Source: an uncultured virus (IMG/VR IMGVR_UViG_3300035689_000001) (Duplodnaviria > Heunggongvirae > Uroviricota > Caudoviricetes). From it: 64,000 bases of DNA. Position numbers and translations under genes: made by a program. Numbering within the stretch: the first letter of the stretch is position 1; each line of letters begins with the position of its first letter. Under the pieces are notes generated by a model. The model was given only the letters and a program-made list of their open reading frames with translations. It searched no databases and was not told the DNA's origin. Shown here piece after piece: positions 57,619-64,000 of this stretch. Where the stretch lies: IMG/VR virus record IMGVR_UViG_3300035689_000001; one strand, 5' to 3'.

Positions 57619-57651
57619 TAGGGGTCGTGGGTTCGAATCCCGCCGCTCCGA
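57605..57651 (+). other. attP core: 3' part of tRNA-Pro(GGG)
   Basis: CTACT-TTGGGGT-AGTAG anticodon arm plus GGGTCGTGGGTTCGAATCCCGCCGCTCCGA; no D-arm or 5' acceptor strand; next to the integrase. Confidence 0.9.
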
Positions 57652-57655
57652 TGGA

Positions 57656-57689
57656 CAGAAGACCCGCCAGTGGCGGGTCTTCTGCTTTT
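57656..57689 (+). terminator. Terminator for the restored tRNA after integration
   Basis: CAGAAGACCCGCC-AGT-GGCGGGTCTTCTG then CTTTT. Confidence 0.75.
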
Positions 57690-57807
57690 AAACCACAGGT
57701 CACGGTGTAACTTGCATTCCGAGCATGTCGTGACTAGAAAGGACATTTGGCGGACTGAAAACGACATTTTGGGTCGAAAATGGGTAGACAGGGTTTCGGG
57801 TGTTGCC

Positions 57808-58944
57808 GTGACGAAAGCAGCGAAGGGGTCGGTCCAGGTAGAGGTCGATAAAGGCTTTTTGCGGCTTCGGTGGCGATGGCGGGGGCGACGGTTTGCGATG
57901 GCGTTGGGGTTGCCTGACGACAGGGTTAACCGGGCGATCGCACTGCGGCGAGTTGCCGTCATTGAGGCCGATATCAAAGCGGAGCAATTTGACGAAACCC
58001 TAGCGAAGTACCGGGATGTTGCCCCGAAGCAAGAAGATACTACCGTGGTGGAACTCTACAGGAAATATGTCGAATACAAATCAAGGCAGGTGGAAGCCCA
58101 GACCCTCCAGAAATATGAAAGTTTTGCCACCCACCTGCAGGAATATTTCAAGAAGCGGGCGATCGCCAGCATTCAGGAGGAGGATGCCTTTCGGTTTCGG
58201 GACTGGCTATTGAAACGGAATGCCCCCATCACGGTGCGGGAGCGGATCGGTTGGCTCAAGAGTTGCTGGGATTGGGGGGCAAAAAGAAAGCTCATCACGG
58301 GGGCGAACCCCTGGATTGAGGTTCTCGTTAAGGTTCCGACAAAGCAAAAACACCCGTTTACCCCGGAGGAAGTCAAAAAGATACTGGTGGCATTTGAGAC
58401 ACCAGAGCTGTCCCACTTCCGGGACTACGCAGAATTTTTGCTGGCGATCGGGTGCAGGCCAGGGGAAGCCGTTGGGCTAAGGTGGCGACACCTGAAACCA
58501 GACTGCTCCGGGATCTGGATTGGAGAATCGCTGGGTCGGGAGCGCCAGCAAAAACCAACCAAGACCAATAAAGAGAGAGCGTTTGACCTGACGCCACGAC
58601 TCCAGGCAATGCTGTTGGCACGTCGCCCCACACCCTGCGATATGGATGCCCTGGTGTTCACCAGTGTCGAGGGTCACCAGATCGACGACAAAAATTTCAA
58701 CAAACGGTACTGGAAAAAAGCATTGGCGATCGCCGAGGTGCCGTATCGTCGGCCCTACAATTCTCGACATTCATTCGTGAGCAATGCTTACCACCAGGGA
58801 CTAGACATCGTGGAAATCTCTGACATCACGGGGCATGAACCCGCGACCCTGGTGAAGTCGTACCTCGGTAGCGTCGTGGCAAAGAAAAAGCTGCCGACCC
58901 TCTACGAGGTTCAGCAGCAGGCTCCCGAAGAGGCAACCGATTAA
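57808..58944 (+). CDS. int: Tyrosine integrase with an N-terminal arm-binding domain
   Basis: GSVQVE...LRLRW arm domain; GCRPGEA (R), TKT (K), RPYNSRH, GH and C-terminal Y; likely GTG start 57808. Confidence 0.95.
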   Translation: MTKAAKGSVQVEVDKGFLRLRWRWRGRRFAMALGLPDDRVNRAIALRRVAVIEADIKAEQFDETLAKYRDVAPKQEDTTVVELYRKYVEYKSRQVEAQTLQKYESFATHLQEYFKKRAIASIQEEDAFRFRDWLLKRNAPITVRERIGWLKSCWDWGAKRKLITGANPWIEVLVKVPTKQKHPFTPEEVKKILVAFETPELSHFRDYAEFLLAIGCRPGEAVGLRWRHLKPDCSGIWIGESLGRERQQKPTKTNKERAFDLTPRLQAMLLARRPTPCDMDALVFTSVEGHQIDDKNFNKRYWKKALAIAEVPYRRPYNSRHSFVSNAYHQGLDIVEISDITGHEPATLVKSYLGSVVAKKKLPTLYEVQQQAPEEATD

Positions 58945-58986
58945 CCAATTCGCGGAATTCCCCAGCCGCCGATGCGGTGGGGTAGT

Positions 58987-59397
58987 TCATGCGCGCTTCT
59001 TCTGCTGGCTCAGCAACTCTTTCCGCCGAAGAGCGATCGCCCTCCCATGCGCGACTGCATCCAACTTGTTAACCTTCCAGTCGTCCAGCAGGTGCAAGTC
59101 AAATTTCAGTAACTTTCCCTCACGCCACCAGTGAACCTGAGGCTCCCACCGGACATATTCTTCTGACATCTCACCCCTGATGTAACGATCGATCTGCTTG
59201 ACCGAAACGTCCAACAAAGTAGCTGCATCCTGGCGCGACCCAACTGTCTTCTGCGCTGACTTCAACGCATTCGCAAGTTGGGCGATCGCCTGGGTGTGAT
59301 CTGCCTGAATCCGCGCATTTTCGGCCTGAGCATCCGCCAGCGCTGTCACGGCACTGGCAAGCTGAGCCAAAACAGTAGCGAGATCTGGGGCTGGCAT
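58987..59397 (-). CDS. Excisionase-like HTH protein with an N-terminal coiled coil
   Basis: AATLLDVSVKQIDRYI HTH...HW.R.G....FD..LL..W; convergent with int; TGATG-coupled to the pilin gene. Confidence 0.6.
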   Translation of the reverse strand: MPAPDLATVLAQLASAVTALADAQAENARIQADHTQAIAQLANALKSAQKTVGSRQDAATLLDVSVKQIDRYIRGEMSEEYVRWEPQVHWWREGKLLKFDLHLLDDWKVNKLDAVAHGRAIALRRKELLSQQKKRA

Positions 59398-59879
59398 CAG
59401 GGACATTCCGTCGAACTTTCGATTTCAGGGATGCCAGCCCCAGATCGGCCAGCGCAGACAACAGACTTCGATACAGAACCACCGGGGGATGACTCCAGCC
59501 AGACCCGGCCCGCATAACTTTTTAACTGCCCAGCACCCAGCGCTTCACCGTCTGCCACCGCACTAAGCCCGGTCCCTGTCGCCGTTACCGTGTAGCTGTA
59601 GTTTTTGGTGTTACCAATCCCCAGATCCAGAACACCCAGGTTGGACCCGAACTGATTGTTTTCAACGAAGAACGCTTGCTGAGCGCGATTGATTGCCCCG
59701 ATGTTACCAGCCGCTTCCGACTCGCGGGCCTTATTGGCCTGGTTCAGGAAGGACGGGAGAGCGATCGCAGACAGAATCCCAATGATGATGATGACGACCA
59801 GCAGTTCGATCAGGGTAAAGCGCTCATCAGAGGGCTTTTTCAAGAGAAACGGGTAACGAACCATCGGATAACCCTCCAT
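59397..59879 (-). CDS. pilA: Type IV pilin (cyanobacterial PilA/pilin G-H-like) with an atypical cleavage site
   Basis: FTLIELLVVIIIIGILSAIALPSFLNQANKARESEA...INRAQQAF; C-terminal Cys pair; residue -1 is Arg. Confidence 0.9.
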   Translation of the reverse strand: MEGYPMVRYPFLLKKPSDERFTLIELLVVIIIIGILSAIALPSFLNQANKARESEAAGNIGAINRAQQAFFVENNQFGSNLGVLDLGIGNTKNYSYTVTATGTGLSAVADGEALGAGQLKSYAGRVWLESSPGGSVSKSVVCAGRSGAGIPEIESSTECP

Positions 59880-60039
59880 TGGGGGAAGCAGTAAGTGTGG
59901 ATTTCGTCCTGTACTGTTGTCCCGATAATAACATCGGGATACAATTTCACAAAAGACATTATTCCCAATTTACTGTTGCTACATAAAGGTTCTGGGGCAA
60001 CAAAGAATACGGGTAACGTTAACCGTCACCATCAAGACC

Positions 60040-60960
60040 GTGGGCGCTATTGATTTTCACCGATTTGTATATACCTTAAACCGAAAGGTCAAGACGAAGC
60101 ACTATCGTGGGTCATCTTCATCGGTCGGTAAATATTCCGTTTGGGCTGTGCATAAAGGTCAGATGCAGGATCTGGCGATCGCCCCTAAATGTCCTGTCAA
60201 GGCGGAATCTTTTGAATGGCGGTGCAATAGTCCGGGTGCGCTGGCCCTTGCGTTCACGTTGCTACGTGAGGTAGCGCCTGAGAAGCGGGCGGTCAAGGCC
60301 CACAAAGCCTTCTGCAACGAAGTTGTAGAGAAACTGGGCTATGGATGGACTATTACGGCCAAAGACCTAAAGTACTGGCTGAAGGGTTGGGAGAGCGAAC
60401 AGGAATACATTCGGGCGCAAGAGGCCGCGAAGCCCAGGTCTGTGGCCCCGCGATCGCTTCCGTTCTATGGCGTAATGGAACCCGCGATCATGGGGAACGC
60501 CAAAAGAGTCATTAAAGAGTTTGTCGCGCAATTGCCGTCTGACCCCAGTATCCATTCCGCAATGCTGTACCTGGAGTTGGCGACAAACCTGGCGGAGGCA
60601 AGGCGCAAGACCGTCAATTCAATCTATTGGGAGAAGGCCACCGCTCAGGCCAGAACCGAGATATGGGTACAGCTCCTGATGCTGGAGCAGCAGATCGGCT
60701 TCAACCTGGAACGGTTTGGCCAAATTTGGGATCAGTACTGCGATCGCATCCCTGGGGATTTTCAGTTTCGGTTGCCCGATGGCCTGATGCCCGAGATACG
60801 GGAGAGCGACGTTTATCAACGGAACTATCAGCGGCTCAGGAAAGCTGATGGCGCTCGCGACATCGAATACCTGAGTGATTTCGCCAGCAAAATTCGAAAG
60901 CGCCGCGAGCAATATCAACCATTTCTACAGAAACAAGCACATTTATTCCCACCACCATGA
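60040..60960 (+). CDS. Hypothetical protein with a DUF6166-like N-terminal domain
   Basis: FEW..NSPGALALAFTLL......A...HKAF..EVV.KL...WTIT..DL..WL. Confidence 0.7.
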   Translation: MGAIDFHRFVYTLNRKVKTKHYRGSSSSVGKYSVWAVHKGQMQDLAIAPKCPVKAESFEWRCNSPGALALAFTLLREVAPEKRAVKAHKAFCNEVVEKLGYGWTITAKDLKYWLKGWESEQEYIRAQEAAKPRSVAPRSLPFYGVMEPAIMGNAKRVIKEFVAQLPSDPSIHSAMLYLELATNLAEARRKTVNSIYWEKATAQARTEIWVQLLMLEQQIGFNLERFGQIWDQYCDRIPGDFQFRLPDGLMPEIRESDVYQRNYQRLRKADGARDIEYLSDFASKIRKRREQYQPFLQKQAHLFPPP

Positions 60961-63900
60961 CAATCGCTACACCATGGCATGGCTGGCTCCGCGATGAATC
61001 AATACGATGCGATCGCCAGTACAACAAGCGCTACGACGCTTGGCAGCACACGCTAGAGACTGGCGAAGTTGCCGAGCCATCCCGAATTGAATTCCTATAC
61101 CCGGGACATCCTGACCATAAGGTTGGGATTGAGGCGATCAAGAAATGTCTCCGGGTCATCCCGACCAACCCGATAGATGATCACTCGGAGCGCATCCCCT
61201 ACTTCGTTGATTGGCTCCTCTGGAGTTTGGGGCACCCACGCTATGAAGCAGAACCGCCAGAGCCAAGCTATTGCTCTGGTGCGTCCGGTCGCCTAGCGGG
61301 CGTGATTGACCTGGAACCACTGATCAAATATCCAGCAGACTACCTGGGGTATCTCCTGACCCAGGATCATCATGGTCGTAAGTGGGGGAAGTTTTATCCC
61401 ACCTGGCAACCCTGCGGGAGCTTGATGGCGGCGGCAGCGGCCAATGCCATGGTTGAATGCTCTGGCAAAACGCTCCCCATGCACGGGTATGAACCCTGCA
61501 TGGGGTCTGGCCGTCTCGCGCTGGAAATGTCGAATTACTGTAGATCACTGGTTGGTTGGGAACTGGATCCCGTCCTGATGGCGGTCGCGACCCTCAACTT
61601 CATGCTGTACGCACCAGATTTTGCATTCCCCATCCGTTCATTAGGGGGTGACTTGGTGCTGGGCGATAGCCTGGTCGGATCAGGCGAATCAGTCGCGAGA
61701 CCAAGGGGGCCGGATTCCCAGTACTCACAACCGCCGCAATATAAGGACTGGCGATCGCCAGAGGTGCCGGAGCCGGTTCTACCGATGATTTCCCTGGCAA
61801 ACCCGCCATTCTGCGAGACCAGAACTTCCAGCATCCAGGCGGTGGAGCAGTATGAGTTGGCGTATCAATGGAAGGAACTTGACGACGGGCGGTTTGAGAA
61901 GGGTAACAAGCTCCGATCCAAGGTAGACAAAGAGGCGTTGTTCCTGGAGTTACTGATCCGTAAATCGCCGCCTGGATCTGTCGTGAGTGTATTGCTGCCG
62001 AACGGCATCCTCAGTAGCTTAGGTGATCAATATATCCGCACCTGGTTGAGGGAGCGGTGCAACATCCTGGCGTCCATGCAGATGCCAGTCAACATGTGGC
62101 TCCAGGAATGCGACCTGACAGTGGTGACGAGTATCCTGCTGCTGCAACGCAAGTTCCCGGATTTCTCCCCGCAGGACTACAGCGTCCTCATGGGGGTGGC
62201 GGAGTCCTGTGGGTTCGATCGTCGTGGCAAACCTTTGTACCGCAGGACCCCTGAAGGTGACCCAACGGATGAGCGCGACGACGATATTGGGGATCTATTG
62301 AACCCCCTGATCGAAACCCTTCAGGGCAATCGCGGCAAGCTATTGCCTCCCGCTCCAGAAGAGATTGATCCGGTCGAACTCCAGGTGGGCGATCTCATCA
62401 AACTTCAGATTCCTGCTTCTGAGAAGACAGCGGAGTACAACGGGCAGGAAGCATGGGTGATTCGGTTCCGCCGATTCATTGATGACCAGTCCGTGGATGT
62501 CTTGATCGATAACGGCAGCCAGGAGCGCATAACTGTGTCGTGCGACCGATCCTGGTTGCGATTCGTCGAAGCATCCCCCGTCCATCTTGGCGATATCGTC
62601 AAGGTGGATCAGGGGTGGCCGCGCAACCATATTTCGATGGTTCAGGATATTGACCCGAAGAAGCAGGCCGTGCTGCTGGAAAGCCATCGGGGGGGATGGA
62701 TTCCGTTTGATCGGGTGAAAATCTTGCCCCCGACTCCTACGGAACCATTAGATAAGCGATCGCCCCTGAAGCAGATGGGCGTGAAGTTGAAGTTCAGTCC
62801 CGTCAAGGATATAGCTGGACAATACCGAATCCTGATGGTTGACGAGCGATTCCTTGAGGATCGGAAGCAGCCTGGGGAACTCGCCGTTATCCAAAAGTTC
62901 GCTCGCGAGGGAGCCAGAGGAACCGACAAGGGTTGGGAATTAGTCCAGGCTCAAGTAACCGAGGGGCCGATTGCTGCCCCGTCTCAGGATGCCGTTGGGT
63001 TGGAGTTGCTGTACCGCTGGTCAGAGTATCGCAACAAGATGATCCAGCAGTCTGTGGAATTCGGGCGGCAGCAGGCGAAAGAAATTCGGCGGGGGGAAGC
63101 TACCAACGGCATTGACTGGCCGATTCGGGCATGGCTCCAAAGCAGTTGCGAGGATGTCACGAGAGATCTGATCGTTAACCAGCTCCTCGTGATGGCGCTA
63201 CATCAGCCAGCCGTAACCCTTGAGGATCGGGGAGAGCAGTTCCAGGAGATCGTTAACTTCTACAACGAGACAACCTTTCGGCAGCAGAACCCCATAGGGC
63301 TGCGCTTCCCCAGTCCCAACACATTGGATCTCCATCAGAGCCACAGAACCGCCACCCTAGCGTTTAATCCAGCGGATCGATCCTGGACAGTACAGCAGGG
63401 CAAGGATGCATATCTCAATCCCTCCCTTTCGCAGTTAGGGATGACGTTATTGAACTGGCCCCAGGCGGCAGGCAATGATCCATCGGATCAGCGATCGCCA
63501 GAGGAACGACGGATGGCGGGCGATCGCCTGCCCAATTCATTCCAGGTGGGCGACATCGTGAAGATTGTGTACCTCGGAGGAGCCAATCCGAAGTGGCAGG
63601 ATGCTGAAGCTGAAGTGATGGAGGTTGGCCGCCACACCCGCATCCGGATCTTCAGCGATCCACATCAGCATCATTATTTCTGGAATCACGAATGGTTGGA
63701 ACTGGTGCATCGCCCTGAGGGGTCAGTCGAAAAGCCTGCGGTTGGACAGTTCCCAGAAACGGAATACCCGGAGCAATACCTGTTGGCCCTGGAGCAAACC
63801 GTTCGGCTGATGCTGGATCCAAGCCTGGTGCCATCCACCGCGAAACCAGACCAGTGGGAACAGGAGCAAGAGGAACTCCTGGAAGAAGCCCAGTTGTTTG

Positions 63901-64000
63901 CGCTCAGGCACCGCATCCTAATCGACGGTAGCGGCGATCGCTGGGAACTGGATCCACAGGATCGTAATTTCTGCAAGTTACTACCGCTGTGGGAGGGCGA
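60957..64000 (+). CDS. HsdM-like N6-adenine DNA methyltransferase with C-terminal KOW/SH3-like repeats; over 1000 aa, runs off the window, absent from the ORF track
   Basis: ATG 60957 overlaps the upstream stop; KFYPT, YEPCMGSGRLAL, GWELD, GDSL, ANPPF (NPPF at 61800-61811), LFLE, VLLPNGIL, TSILLLQR; later LQVGDLIK/HLGDIVKV/FQVGDIVKI. Confidence 0.88.
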   Translation, partial: MTIATPWHGWLRDESIRCDRQYNKRYDAWQHTLETGEVAEPSRIEFLYPGHPDHKVGIEAIKKCLRVIPTNPIDDHSERIPYFVDWLLWSLGHPRYEAEPPEPSYCSGASGRLAGVIDLEPLIKYPADYLGYLLTQDHHGRKWGKFYPTWQPCGSLMAAAAANAMVECSGKTLPMHGYEPCMGSGRLALEMSNYCRSLVGWELDPVLMAVATLNFMLYAPDFAFPIRSLGGDLVLGDSLVGSGESVARPRGPDSQYSQPPQYKDWRSPEVPEPVLPMISLANPPFCETRTSSIQAVEQYELAYQWKELDDGRFEKGNKLRSKVDKEALFLELLIRKSPPGSVVSVLLPNGILSSLGDQYIRTWLRERCNILASMQMPVNMWLQECDLTVVTSILLLQRKFPDFSPQDYSVLMGVAESCGFDRRGKPLYRRTPEGDPTDERDDDIGDLLNPLIETLQGNRGKLLPPAPEEIDPVELQVGDLIKLQIPASEKTAEYNGQEAWVIRFRRFIDDQSVDVLIDNGSQERITVSCDRSWLRFVEASPVHLGDIVKVDQGWPRNHISMVQDIDPKKQAVLLESHRGGWIPFDRVKILPPTPTEPLDKRSPLKQMGVKLKFSPVKDIAGQYRILMVDERFLEDRKQPGELAVIQKFAREGARGTDKGWELVQAQVTEGPIAAPSQDAVGLELLYRWSEYRNKMIQQSVEFGRQQAKEIRRGEATNGIDWPIRAWLQSSCEDVTRDLIVNQLLVMALHQPAVTLEDRGEQFQEIVNFYNETTFRQQNPIGLRFPSPNTLDLHQSHRTATLAFNPADRSWTVQQGKDAYLNPSLSQLGMTLLNWPQAAGNDPSDQRSPEERRMAGDRLPNSFQVGDIVKIVYLGGANPKWQDAEAEVMEVGRHTRIRIFSDPHQHHYFWNHEWLELVHRPEGSVEKPAVGQFPETEYPEQYLLALEQTVRLMLDPSLVPSTAKPDQWEQEQEELLEEAQLFALRHRILIDGSGDRWELDPQDRNFCKLLPLWEG

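Noticed and set aside
57570..57651. Complete tRNA-Pro gene
   Set aside because: The 5' acceptor strand and D-arm are missing; treated as the att core
50947..64000. Complete type I restriction-modification locus
   Set aside because: No hsdR or hsdS is visible, and three of the four MTase-like genes lack the catalytic motif

Overview
The whole window reads as part of one large temperate phage (or phage-plasmid) with a contractile tail that infects a cyanobacterium. Host evidence: abundant HIP1 octamers (GCGATCGC), and cyanobacterial-type DnaN, HU, Pex, pilin and tRNA-Pro att core. All protein calls come from motif recognition only; no database search was run. Layout: (1) 1-2.1 kb: truncated cas6, IS200/IS605-derived remnants and small membrane peptides. 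(2) 2.1-17.6 kb, minus strand: putative holin, fibre chaperone, three large fibre/adhesin genes and baseplate/tail genes. (3) 17.7-32.2 kb, plus strand: portal, gpU-like protein, 1003-aa sheath, tube, protease/scaffold, major capsid, adaptors and two endolysins. (4) 32.2-43.3 kb: a dnaN-led early operon with DUF5131, Pex, ASCH, an M48-like peptidase and a HigA N-terminal mimic. (5) 43.3-47.1 kb: IS5-family remnant, HU and duplicated small-peptide cassettes. (6) 47.2-56.6 kb: an operon with three catalytically incomplete N6-methyltransferase paralogues and a pentapeptide-repeat protein. (7) 56.6-60 kb: candidate structured RNA, intact attP (3' half of tRNA-Pro GGG), tyrosine integrase, excisionase-like gene and a type IV pilin with Arg instead of Gly at the cleavage site. 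(8) 61-64 kb: a complete HsdM-like methyltransferase that runs off the window and is missing from the ORF track. No terminase, tape measure, CRISPR array or reverse transcriptase was found. The best candidates for undescribed biology are the active/inactive methyltransferase paralogue set, the phage-borne circadian regulator Pex, the apparently uncleavable pilin, and the ~460-nt RNA next to attP.
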